Shown: in pieces, positions 34,908 through 45,660 of the stretch | Numbering within the stretch: position 1 is the first letter of the stretch | Layout of the letters: the number at the start of each line of letters is the position of its first letter | Origin: Trypethelium eluteriae | Taxonomy: Eukaryota | Direction: 5' to 3' | NCBI GenBank assembly: GCA_051942245.1 | Contig: JAVECL010000011.1 | Location: 62,001-117,697, forward strand | DNA length: 55,697 bases | Notes under the pieces: model-generated | Told to the model about the DNA's origin: nothing | The model's input: the letters and a program-made list of their open reading frames with translations, nothing else | Database searches by the model: none | Position numbers and translations under genes: made by a program

Positions 34908-35525
34908 TGAATCTGCACCGCTTCCTAGACTCTGCTCAGAGTGGCCAATGTCCCGTTTCAAGAGGAATCATGATGTATAGGAGATCCCTGCAGCGCATCG
35001 CGGCTTAGTTGATTCCGAATCTTGGAATGCAGACACTTGTGGACATGTCCAGGATGTGGATAGCGTATCACATCACGAAGTCGCCATAGACAATGCTTAA
35101 GGCTCAGCCACTTTGGTAAAGTTTCGTAGTTAGATTCCAAAACGGTGTCAGAGGTTGTTGTGAAACGGTGATGCGGAAACATTCCACGCTTGAGGCTGAG
35201 ATCAGACTAGCATGCCTACGAAACAAGCTTCACTAGCTATCGAAGCTCAAAGTTTATTCCATGCTTTAGAGACTTCTCACGCAGGTCTCAAGATTTAAAT
35301 CTTGCTTGACAATGCATAGTCAGAAATATAAGAGCAAGCTAAGTATGGCCTCTATGGAGTACGATAAAAGAGAATGCATGGGAACTAGCTAGCCGGTCTG
35401 ATGCCGAAAGTCAGATTCTGCACTACACGCGCGATCCCCATCCATGAATGGAACACGAAATTCATCCCTGCCCAGCATAAGACTGTATCTCCGTAGAGCG
35501 ATGAGAGCATTTTCCTGCTGGCACA

Positions 35526-36689
35526 TTAGCTCCTTTTTGCAGCATCTCGTTCGTTCTTCGTAGTCTTGACTCGTTGTTTTTCATGTTCAACGATATCCTC
35601 CCAATGGATACGGACCCATTCCAATACATTTTTTTCTCCCATCTCAGCGACGGCAGTCGAGAAGGAACACTGGTAGTGTGGTTCCATTGCGGGTTCAGAA
35701 CGTACGCTTAGGCCCTCTCCAGAGGACAGAATGGTCCATCTTTTCATACTACGCATCGCAAGATTGAGCTTCTCGGAATTGTCGAGTGGAATTGTCGAAG
35801 CAATCTTTGACATAATCTCTTTCTCGGCATTTGCCTCTTGCCAGCGTTGCAAGCGTTCGTTGTAGACGCTCTGGAGATTGAACTCACTGAGGGCCTCCTG
35901 AAGGACTTGCAACCTGCTTGGTACCTGTTTCTTAATCCAAAGATGCTGATTATTGGGAACCCATTCGTCCAAGAATCGTTTGAATTGTGGTCGCTTTCGT
36001 AGACGTTGTCTATCATTTGAATTTTGCCTTTGTTCACAATTGCTACCACTGAATAGTCTCCCACCTGCAATCCACGCAAACATTTCATTCTCGGTGTTAA
36101 ATCCCGCACCAAAACGTTTCTCATCCAGACCCATAAACTGCATAGTAAGGACAGGGTCGTGTGTCATGAATAGCCTGCTCTCCTTGGCATTATGGACCTC
36201 GATTTCCGGGATTCTAACATGTAGGCCCCGATCAGAAGCTGTCAGACCAAGGTCACGGATCGTCAAGCCAATAATTTGCCAGAGATCACCATAAGAATTC
36301 ATAAAAAACCCCCACTCCAGATCGCCTTGACGACATGTTGAGATATCGAGCTGGGCGAATGGCACAGACGTATCTTCAAGCTCTGACGGCAACTTCACCG
36401 CAAACGACATCGAGTCGCCATGACTCACATGGCGCTTCGCCTGAAGTAGGGAGGCAATTTGCTGGATAGATAAGCCGCGGTGACCGAAGTGTTGTTCAAC
36501 GAGGACGTCAATGTCCCCATAGTCGAGTTTCTCGGGGGCTTCAGGCGGAACGGCAGCCTTGATAAAATATGGGTTGAGTACTTGAAGAAAATGATCCCGA
36601 AACTGCTGGTAACGAAATGGTGACATGCGAGGAGTCTCGATTGGTGGCTCACCACTCGGTCCTGGCTGAGCAAAAGCTTGGCCGCCCAT
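35526..36689 (-). CDS. Uncharacterised protein with Pol-beta-like nucleotidyltransferase signature
   Basis: Intronless, ATG at 36689 (MGGQAF). EAPEKLDYGDIDVLV supplies a DxD motif, FAQLDI a candidate third Asp; also YGDLWQIIG and LGLTASDRGL. Confidence 0.7.
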   Translation of the reverse strand: MGGQAFAQPGPSGEPPIETPRMSPFRYQQFRDHFLQVLNPYFIKAAVPPEAPEKLDYGDIDVLVEQHFGHRGLSIQQIASLLQAKRHVSHGDSMSFAVKLPSELEDTSVPFAQLDISTCRQGDLEWGFFMNSYGDLWQIIGLTIRDLGLTASDRGLHVRIPEIEVHNAKESRLFMTHDPVLTMQFMGLDEKRFGAGFNTENEMFAWIAGGRLFSGSNCEQRQNSNDRQRLRKRPQFKRFLDEWVPNNQHLWIKKQVPSRLQVLQEALSEFNLQSVYNERLQRWQEANAEKEIMSKIASTIPLDNSEKLNLAMRSMKRWTILSSGEGLSVRSEPAMEPHYQCSFSTAVAEMGEKNVLEWVRIHWEDIVEHEKQRVKTTKNERDAAKRS

Positions 36690-37412
36690 AGTAGACTGCA
36701 GCGGGATTGTGTAGTATTCAGAAAAAGAGAGAGGATTATAGAAACGGACGCTCTTGAGAAAATCCAAGGTTTAGGCTCACTTCGATCATCCTCACATGGT
36801 TAACGGCAGGTGCAAACGGTGCGAGTCATTCTTGTGGTCAACAAACGGAATGCCGCAGGAAGCTTTGGGAGTCATCCAATCTTACCATCCTCAGGCCCCA
36901 ACCGTCCTCTCGGCGTTAATACCCAATCCTCTCTTTCGAGACGAAGCCCAAAGGTCGGAGGATCATGTTCACAACTCGTGCGACAGAGTTATAAGAATGA
37001 TATCCTTTCCTCCGTCTTCGATCACTCGATGTGGAAAGGAAGGCGTGGAACCTGAGAATAGTATGTAGTCAACGTCGCCAGGTGGAGTTCCTCTAAAGCA
37101 AAATTCAACAGCGACGAAAGAGCCTACATGAAGAAAGGCAAAAGAGGTATTGCCGATGGTGTGGGTGATGTGATACGAGGGTAGCCCCTGGCGGCTATGG
37201 CGGGGAAGCTACCTACATACGGAGGACAGCTCCAAACCCAGGGAATTGATCCTGGCAACACTCATATACGAGCCTTTTCCCAGCCCAATTGTGGACGCAG
37301 CTCACCGAGTCCCTCCCTCCATCGGTGATCGCTTGCTATGGCAGACCTCTAGACGGACGCAGCCCAGCTTTTAGCTTCCCTTTGTCTCTCTACATTTAGC
37401 TTCATCACCACA

Positions 37413-38530
37413 ATGGCTGCCGACGAAGCCACCAAGCCCCCCACCACCTACGAGCAGCTCGCGGCAATTGAAGATGACTTTGACGATGTTGATACCGAAA
37501 TACGTGAGCCTGCCATGCGCTTGCATACAGCATCTTTGCGCTTACGGTCGCGCCTTCTGCAGGACTGCTCTGACTTGCTTGTGAATTAGTGCGACTCCAG
37601 TACAAACTCAGCTCGCCATTATACAACCGGCGGCAAGAAGTGGTTTCTCACATGAACAACTCCGAACGGTTCTGGCCTCTAGTATTCGAGCAAGTCCCGG
37701 AAGAGTTTGAAAAATTCGTCCAGCCCACTGACTCCGAGCTCTTATCTGGAGCACTTCGCGACTTCAATGTCACGAGATTCGAGCTAGAAGAGAGCGCAGA
37801 AGCAGAAGACTCAAAAGGCGAACCACGTAGCTTGCACTTCAGATTTGAGTTTCAGGCGAACGATTGGTTCGAGGACCGCGTCTTGGAAAAGCGAATCTGG
37901 TACCGTCACGCGAAAGATGGATGGGCTGGTCTGATATCAGAGCCAGTCAAGATCCACTGGAAAAAGAACAAAGATCTCACGCAAGGTCTCACGGACGATG
38001 CGATCGCCCTGTTCCAAGCGCGCTCGGCGGCGGGTGATATGATGAAGCAGGACTTGCCCGAGTACCAAGCGCTGGTGAAGAAGGTGGAGTCGTGGAATGG
38101 TGCAAACACAAGCTTCTTCACGTGGTTTGCCTGGATATCATCGAGGCGTTACGTTGGAGCAGAAGAATCAGCACAAGCTGAGAAGGAAACAGCAGAGCGG
38201 AGGGAGAAGCGGAAACAAGGCGAGCAAGTCGAAGATCATTCCAGTGACAAGGTGGTCACGGATCAAGATGCAGAAGTCCATCCTTTCGGCGAAGAATTGG
38301 CCCTCGCACTAGCCGAAGAAGTGTGGCCTGCAGCAACGAAATTCTTCATCCAAGCTCAAGAAGCTGCTGATGACGAAATGTCGGAGGCTGAGTTCGAGGA
38401 GGAAGATGCTGACGAAAGTGATGAGGATGATGAGGAGGTATCTCCGATCGACATTCCAAGCCTGGTCAAGGGTAAGAAGAACAAGCATGATGAAAATGGT
38501 GGCCCTCCAAAGAAAAGGCAAAAAACCTAA
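37413..38530 (+). CDS. NAP/SET family histone chaperone (Vps75-like)
   Basis: Intron 37504-37589. PLYNRRQE, FWPLVFE, FEFQANDWF, VKIHWKKNKDLT and SFFTWF; acidic tail and basic NLS PPKKRQK. Confidence 0.9.
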
Positions 38531-39469
38531 TCTAAACGTGTCTAACAACAGCAGGGCGTTTGCCGTTGGTATGGCTCCGTTAGCGGAGGGGATTCAACAA
38601 AGCCTTGAACTAGATATTTCGGGAAACTTCGGTAAGCAATGCAATGGATACTCCTTCTAGGGGTGATTGGTCCGGCAGTCTCTACTAGGTAGTAGTGATA
38701 CCCATTCATTTACCTATGCAATCGATTATTGTCATCATTATAAAGAGTTATGTTCTTAACCCGCCCATCTATGAAGTGCATACCGATCCTGGAGGAAAAC
38801 CATTGGGCGATTGAACCATTCCTCAATCTGGGTACGCAAATCTAGGTTAGCACGACATGCATTTTGCGGATAGCTTGTTCCGCGCCCTTGCTCAACGAGA
38901 CCGACGATTCTTGACAAGGCCAATGTCTTTCTGCTAGCCCTGAGCGTATGCTACACCGCTACAGAGCATACAAGGCCGCCTGGCAATTGTACGACGTACA
39001 ACTCCATAAGCGGCTTCGTACTCTCCTTCAGTCTCGTAGCTTTCTATAAGCTAGATGACAGAGTCGTGTGTATGGATGCCGAATTGCTTCAAAGTCAAAG
39101 CAACTCGAAATTTCTCCTCGAAACGGTATTTCGCTATACAACAAGTAGCCATTACTTTATCTGGATTCGGAAAATCGGACGTTCACGGTTAGTGGTAATC
39201 AGTGTGTTATTGAACAGCTGAATACCACTACTATTGTACTCAACAGAGGGTGAAATAGAAAAGTCGGCACTATCAGATGTGGCTGAATTCTAGACCTCCA
39301 CAGGTCCAGGAGGCTCCCCTGTGAAATCTATTTGAGCTGAGAAAAACCGCTCAGTTGGAGTCCAGAGGACCTATAAGCTCCCCTTGAGATCCCAATTTCA
39401 CTTTATACAACTGAGGAAGACTCTATAAGTTTTTGAGCCTGCCTATCTAGGCGGCTCAATACTGTCTAC

Positions 39470-40411
39470 TTATGTAAGCTGAATAGGATGTGCCTCGAAG
39501 TACTCTTCAAAAGTAGAGGGTCTGCCTCGGGCGTTCTCAACAGCCCAATCGACCAACTTCTTAGAATCTGGGCCGAAGTAGCCGAACTCCTCTTGATACT
39601 TGAATCCTTCAGCGAAGATGTCAATCAAGCTGGTCGGGAAAGATAGGCTGTTCCTGAAATCCTCCAGCGATATCTGCTTGTAGACGACGGTCTTGCCTGC
39701 GGCTTTGGATATCGCGGCTGCTATGTCTTCTAAGCTGTACAGGGCCGTGGCAGCGTAGAACGTCTTGCCTTCGTACTTGTTGGGCTCGGCGAGAATGGCG
39801 CCAACGAACTTGCCTGTGTCCCCGGAAGCGTCAATCAAGGGGACCAGGGACTTCGGAGAAGTGTGGCGGGTCATAACCCAAGTGCCATCAGAAGCCTGTT
39901 GGGGAGACAAAAAGGTCTGTGACTGGAAGTTCTCCATGAATGATCCTGGACAGTAGAAGGCGCTCTTGATGGGAAGGCCTCGGATGTACTGCTCAGCTTT
40001 CGCCTTGGCGTCGAAAGGGTGGACCTTAGTGTACTTGCCGCCAGAGATTTCTTTAACGGGCGGTAGAGTGCTGAAGATTATGTATTCGGCACCTTTCTCA
40101 AGGGCAACGTCAGCGATCGTCTTGGCACTGTTGTACTCGACCTCAAAACCGTCTGGACCGAAGGAAGGCGTCGTCATGGCGAAAACAGTATGCGTGCCAG
40201 TTAAAGCTGTTTCGAGAGAGGCCCGGTCGAGAACATCACCCTGGACTACTTCAACCTTCTGCTTGAGCTGCTTGGCCTTCTCAGAATTGACATCACGGGT
40301 AATGGCACGAATCGTGTATTTTTGCGAGAGCTCTGGGTCGTTTAGCAAATAGTTAATTACCCCACCGCCTTGGTGGCCAGTGGCGCCAAAGACAGCAAGA
40401 ATCTTGGACAT
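39470..40411 (-). CDS. NmrA-like NAD(P)-binding protein
   Basis: Rossmann motif AVFGATGHQGG; IRAITRD, HPFDAKA, GSFMENF and DTGKFV. Intronless. Confidence 0.93.
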   Translation of the reverse strand: MSKILAVFGATGHQGGGVINYLLNDPELSQKYTIRAITRDVNSEKAKQLKQKVEVVQGDVLDRASLETALTGTHTVFAMTTPSFGPDGFEVEYNSAKTIADVALEKGAEYIIFSTLPPVKEISGGKYTKVHPFDAKAKAEQYIRGLPIKSAFYCPGSFMENFQSQTFLSPQQASDGTWVMTRHTSPKSLVPLIDASGDTGKFVGAILAEPNKYEGKTFYAATALYSLEDIAAAISKAAGKTVVYKQISLEDFRNSLSFPTSLIDIFAEGFKYQEEFGYFGPDSKKLVDWAVENARGRPSTFEEYFEAHPIQLT

Positions 40412-41190
40412 AGTTTGGACTCCTTAGGTGCAAAAGGCTCAAGATGCTGATTATGTGAATTCGGGCCCTTTGCTAGGGAACAACTGAAATTCGGTGATAT
40501 TTCTCAAGGAGGCAAGTATCCTTGATCTTGTTACACCCTGTCTGGTACTTGTCAATAGGGCGAAAGGGACGACTTCATACAATGGTTAAGTAGAGAGACG
40601 AAGCTATCTGTGAGCTGTGCAGCCCACGTTTGAGCCTATTCACGCTAAGGTGCGCTATTTTAGGCTATCTCTACTTACAAAGCTGCCCAAGAGGTGCGAG
40701 GAGACGCTGCAGAGTATGGGCTGAGAGCTTCGGACAATGCCTGGCGCCGCTCCATTGATACCTCTGAATATGACAATGATCAGTTTCAAATCTATGTGGC
40801 GCTAAGCATCCATGCGTAGGGAAGTGATAGTGCCTCTACTAGGTAGGCAATGGCATGGCGTTCAACAACCTCACTGCCTCCTTTTCGACGAGGTCAAGAT
40901 TACGTAAGTCACAGGAGGCTCACGGCGCTTGAGTGACGAGCGAAAAATCCGAATATCTCCGAAGTTGTCAAATAATTATCTCAACTTTTAAACACAATCA
41001 TACAATAAGACCTACCTTTCCTACAGATTTTCTAAAAGGACGCGAGCCTGCTGCAGACTGTTCAAGGCCGTCTGATAAATGTGCAAGTTCAGCGACTTTG
41101 CATTCTATCATAACTTTTCTGTCCAGAAAGCCCTTTATCGTAGTCCGAACTCCATCAAGCGGGCTCCATTGGCTGTCGTATTTGATTCGG

Positions 41191-42855
41191 ATGGCAGACA
41201 AGATGCCGCTTGAATCAACGGCAGAGTCCCCATTCCTTACTCCCTTCTCGAATTCGTCGTCTGAAAATTTAGCTATCTTATATCTTTCTCGCGACCTCCA
41301 AGTTCCAGTTCAGTTGAAGGAAGCCAGCCAAACTCTCTCCAGGACCGAGACAAATTCAGCTACAAACTCCGATGCCGATAGGGATATTGTCGTCAACACA
41401 CGTTTCGGTTCTTTCCCTCATAGTACGCTAGTAGACTTACCCTGGGGCTCACAGGTCCTCGCTTCCAAAGTCGATACCGGCTCATGGGCCAAGAAGCCTA
41501 ATGGTAAGAAACGAAAGCGCGATGAGAGCCAGAAAGGAGAACCCTCAGAGCATGATAGAGACTCAGAAGAGTTGTCATCGAGGAGGGAGCAGGGGCAGCG
41601 ACAGGCGAAGCCTGTGATCGCAGCTGACAGCGGGTTTGCTCATCTTGTTCCTCCAACACCTGAAATCTGGACTAGGGCCCTCAAACATAGGACTCAAGTC
41701 GTCTATACTCCCGATTACAGCTATATTCTTCAGCGACTACGGGTTCGTCCTGGGACGTGCCTGATTGAGGCTGGAGCGGGGAGTGGGTCGTTCACACATG
41801 CGGCTGCCAGGGCAGTATTCAATGGTTATCCTCCGACCCCAGAGCAATCAGAAGGGGCAAGTGACCGAGTGACGGAGGATCTCGGCGATACCACAAACAA
41901 GGACGCCACAGTAGCACACGTCAGAAAGAAGAAAAAGTATGGAAAGGTCTATAGCTTCGAATTCCACGAGCCGAGGGCTGGACTTCTGGAACAAGACATC
42001 GTAGGTCACGGACTGCAAAGCATTGTCCAACTCACGCATCGCGATGTTTACAAAGATGGATTCTGTGTAGACGATGCATCAATCGAAGGTGCACCAAGGG
42101 CAGATGCCATCTTCCTGGACCTGCCAGCGCCATGGCTCGCTCTCAAGCATTTAACACGCGGCGGAACTACGGAGGGTGTCAAAGACAAGGTCCCATTAGG
42201 ATCTTCTAATCAGGCCAACAGTCATCAAGAGATCAATGCCGGGAACGACGGCGGCCTCAAAGACAACTCTAAGTCCTACTCGTCCCCGCTCAATCCTCGT
42301 ACCACAACACGGATCTGTACATTCAGCCCATGCATTGAGCAAGCGCAGAGGACCATCACCACGCTGCGCTCTCTTGGTTGGGTTGAAATTGAGATGGTGG
42401 AGATCATGCACAAGCGACTCGAAGTCCGCCGTGAGCGCGTCGGACTCCAAGAAGAGGGCCTGAGGGGCGTAAATCCGAGTCCCGCTAATGTTAGTGAAGC
42501 ATTCGAGAGACTGAAAGAGATCGAAGGCCGGCAGAGGGCGTTCCACGAGAACCAAGTCACGTCATCGGTGGACGGGAGCAAAGGAGCTGGTGAAAAGGCG
42601 ACGAAGCCAGAAGAGCAGAAGGCGAAACAAGCGATGGCTAATTCGCTAGGTATGATAAGTAAGGCGGAGAGGTTGAAGAATATTCGCGATGCTGAAGCGA
42701 AACGTAAGTTGTATAAGGAGGGAAGACTGGTACATCGAACGGAGCCAGAGCTCAAGACGCATACGTCGTATCTCGTCTTTGCGGTGCTATCACGGCAGTG
42801 GACAGCCGACGACGAGAAGTTGTGTCGCGAGAAGTGGCCATTGGGTGACGCGTAG
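41191..42855 (+). CDS. TRM61: tRNA m1A58 methyltransferase catalytic subunit
   Basis: TRFGSFPH, PTPEIWT...HRTQVVYTPD, IEAGAGSGSF, FEFHEPR, FLDLPAPW, CTFSPCIEQ and THTSYLVFA. Likely ATG at 41191. Confidence 0.95.
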   Translation: MADKMPLESTAESPFLTPFSNSSSENLAILYLSRDLQVPVQLKEASQTLSRTETNSATNSDADRDIVVNTRFGSFPHSTLVDLPWGSQVLASKVDTGSWAKKPNGKKRKRDESQKGEPSEHDRDSEELSSRREQGQRQAKPVIAADSGFAHLVPPTPEIWTRALKHRTQVVYTPDYSYILQRLRVRPGTCLIEAGAGSGSFTHAAARAVFNGYPPTPEQSEGASDRVTEDLGDTTNKDATVAHVRKKKKYGKVYSFEFHEPRAGLLEQDIVGHGLQSIVQLTHRDVYKDGFCVDDASIEGAPRADAIFLDLPAPWLALKHLTRGGTTEGVKDKVPLGSSNQANSHQEINAGNDGGLKDNSKSYSSPLNPRTTTRICTFSPCIEQAQRTITTLRSLGWVEIEMVEIMHKRLEVRRERVGLQEEGLRGVNPSPANVSEAFERLKEIEGRQRAFHENQVTSSVDGSKGAGEKATKPEEQKAKQAMANSLGMISKAERLKNIRDAEAKRKLYKEGRLVHRTEPELKTHTSYLVFAVLSRQWTADDEKLCREKWPLGDA

Positions 42856-42901
42856 TTGCAAATGAAGCACGCAAGAGATTTCTTGTGGATAATAGCACAT
42901 T

Positions 42902-44508
42902 TCATTTATCCAACTCATCACCTATTGATGTTTTGCTTTCCCGGGTGACCACGAGGCCTTGGTTTTCTAGACTAGTTGCCTTCATAGTGGCATCTGGCTC
43001 CGATGGAGCATCTGCAATCTTCTGTCTGATGTCGTCGAGCGTATTGTACCTCGAAGGATTCTTCTTCTTCTCACCAGGCCCTTCGGATCTCATCTGGTAG
43101 CCTCGAACCCTGCAGCCAGTTCAGTAGACTACTCGGATAATGTCGAACAGTTTTGTCATACCTTGGTCCTTGACCCGTCTTCTCCGGCATCTCTGATTCG
43201 TAGATCTTGTTAAAATTCTCTACATCATGCTCGAAACTGTCCCTCGAAATACTTTCCCTTATACCGCTAAAGAATGCATCGATAATGTGATGATTATGAA
43301 TCTGAAGCAAAACCCAAGCTAGCATTTCCTTTGCATCTAGCAGATGGTGGACGTAAGCGCGATGATGTGTCCCACAGGCAAAGCAAGAACAGCCTTTACG
43401 AAGAGGTCCCAGATCGGTCGCATGATCTTTGGTCCACAAATCGATCGCTAGTGGCTGGCGCTCTGAAGACTGTTCGGAAGGACCATCTATGGGTGCCTGA
43501 ACTGCCGGAAAGGCAAAGTCCAGGGCAAGTCCGGCATCTGTCGCAGCACCAACGAGTGGGAAGACGAACAAGTCGACACCCATGGCAACTTCGTCGAGGA
43601 CCTTATGTGGAGTGCTAACCTCATCCAATGACAAGCGTACGCCAGAATATAACCTTTCTGGCAGGTCGGGCAAGCAAGCGGTGTCGTAAAGAGCGAATCC
43701 ACAGAGCCTGTTGTCCATCTCGTCCTCCAGTTGCGCGAGATATTGGGACTGGGCCGCTACGCTCAAAGGTAATATGGGGGCCAAAGCATACGAAGCAGTC
43801 GAAGAGCCCGGATCCCCTGGAGTAGCAATGGACTGCAGGAGTTTACGAGTCCAAGCAGCGGTGCGATCTACCATCTTTTCCGCGCGTCGTTTGCCAGGTG
43901 CCTCTCCGACAACGTTATCGCTTAGTCCGATGACCAGGTCTGGTGATAGCTTCTGCGCATCGTTAATGAACTCATCCACATCCAGGATTTGGAACCCCAC
44001 GGACGTTGATATGATGATGCTGCGATTGGGCGCTTGCTCGGACTTGCGATTGAGATTCGGGGGATTTACAGGAGGCATTCGTCGAGGCGCGAGTACTGCC
44101 ACAGTATCTCGCGGCAGAGTTGTGAATTTTTTAAGGGGTGATTCGCCATTCTTGACGGGTTGTTGGAAAAGCGGTGGTGTTCGTCGGGGCGCATTTTCTA
44201 CAACTTAGAAGCTTCAGTCAGAAGAACTCTGTCAGCCTAAATCGAAACCGCTCCTGGCGGCAGTACAAAAACTTACAATCTTCGAGTCCTAGATAAGTTG
44301 CCTTGATATTGGAATGCCGTCGCATATTGTCTTGTGATAGGTGCGGCACCGCGCCTCTTGAGGTTATCGCGAGATAGTGCGGCGTTTCTATGGCATGCCG
44401 GTGAGGAAGCTCAAGCTTGCCCAAGCGACCGCCATGGCTTCTTTCTGGAATTTCTAGGAGCTTGAATGGCCGCATTGAATCGTCATATGGGTCTTCAAGA
44501 CGCGTCAT
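42902..44508 (-). CDS. QTRT2: Queuine tRNA-ribosyltransferase accessory subunit
   Basis: RLGKL, TSRGAVPHLSQD, KMVDRT, GVDLF and the Zn site CSCFACGTHHRAYVHHLL...EML...LLQIHN. Introns 44204-44276 and 43110-43161. Confidence 0.9.
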
Positions 44509-44634
44509 GCTCGGGTCTGCAAGGTCTCTTGGTCGCGTCAGGGTCTTGGCCACAAATACCAGGTAGCTTCCGGATGTATCAGGCTTTTGGAGCAGTGAGA
44601 CTCGAGGTCGTGAGTTCGAGCGTCTGGCACGTGC

Positions 44635-44656
44635 TTTCGCGTTCCACTTTACGCGT
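44635..44656. promoter_or_regulatory. MCB-like elements (TTTCGCGT and ACGCGT) in the QTRT2/thymidylate kinase divergent promoter
   Basis: ACGCGT at 44651-44656 and ACGCGAAA (reverse strand) at 44635-44642, 60-80 nt upstream of the thymidylate kinase ATG. Confidence 0.45.
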
Positions 44657-44717
44657 ACCTGCTGGGGTTGTGAGAAGTCTGGGGAACGCAAATTACTGGC
44701 TTCTACTTGAAGCAAGA

Positions 44718-45572
44718 ATGGATACCCCCTCGCACCGCGGTCTTTTTGTCGTCTTTGAAGGTCTTGATAGGTCTGGAAAATCCACGCAGAGTGCGCGGCT
44801 TGTTCGAAATTTGAAGGACCAGGGTCACCAAGTTCGGCACATCAGCTTCCCAGGTATGCTATGCGTTCCCTCATCATGCGAGATTACTGGGACTTCCATG
44901 CCGGGTTTGTCCCATTTCACATCAGTCTTGCTGAGCAACCATAATATCATATTGACCGAGAACATGCTCAAAACCTATGATCGCTAAGAGCAAGTAGACA
45001 GGACTACTCCGATTGGTCAGATGATAAATAGCTATCTGAAAGGACAAAGTCAACAAGAGGATCATGTCATACATTTACTCTTTTCTGCAAATAGATGGGA
45101 AGCAGCGTGAGCGGCAGGAAGAACCCGTTTTCATCAACAAACGCTCACAGATTGCAGGGAATCCATTTCACACGACATAGCAAGCGGTACTACCATAGTG
45201 TGCGATAGATATTACTATTCTGGCTGTGTCTACTCTGCGGCGAAGGAAAATCCATCGCTGAGCCTTGAATGGGCTCGCCGACCTGAAGAGGGTCTGCCTC
45301 GGCCTGATGTCTGTGTCTTCTTAGATATCTCACCGGAAAAGGCAGCAGAGCGCGGCGGCTTTGGCCATGAGCGATATGAGCAGAGTGAGATGCAGAAACG
45401 GGTCCGCGAGCTTTTTTTGCGATTGCGATCCTCTCCAGACGAGAACGATTTCGTCACTGTCGACGCAGGACAACCTGCAGACGTCGTAGAAAAGGAAGTT
45501 CTCCAGATCGTCGTCAAAACTCGAGAATCAATTGACGCGCACCGCTCATCCTTGAGATCTGTCCACGCATAG
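44718..45572 (+). CDS. CDC8: Thymidylate kinase
   Basis: P-loop [38 protein letters not shown] and GGFGHERYE. Introns 44854-44997 and 45107-45157. Confidence 0.95.
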
Positions 45573-45660
45573 GAATAGTCTGAGTCTGAAAACAGGAGGA
45601 TGTTGCAGAAAGCGCTGTTTTTACAGCCTCACTATTAGAAGTTAGATTAGAGCTTATGGA

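Noticed and set aside
28000..41000. Dikaritin (ustiloxin-type) RiPP cluster around the KEP
   Set aside because: No DUF3328/UstYa (HxxHC) oxidase, tyrosinase or dedicated peptidase is visible nearby, and the core repeat has no Tyr or Trp for crosslinking.
40933..41190. N-terminal extension of TRM61 in the ORF track
   Set aside because: It starts at GTG and has no family features; the first ATG is at 41191.
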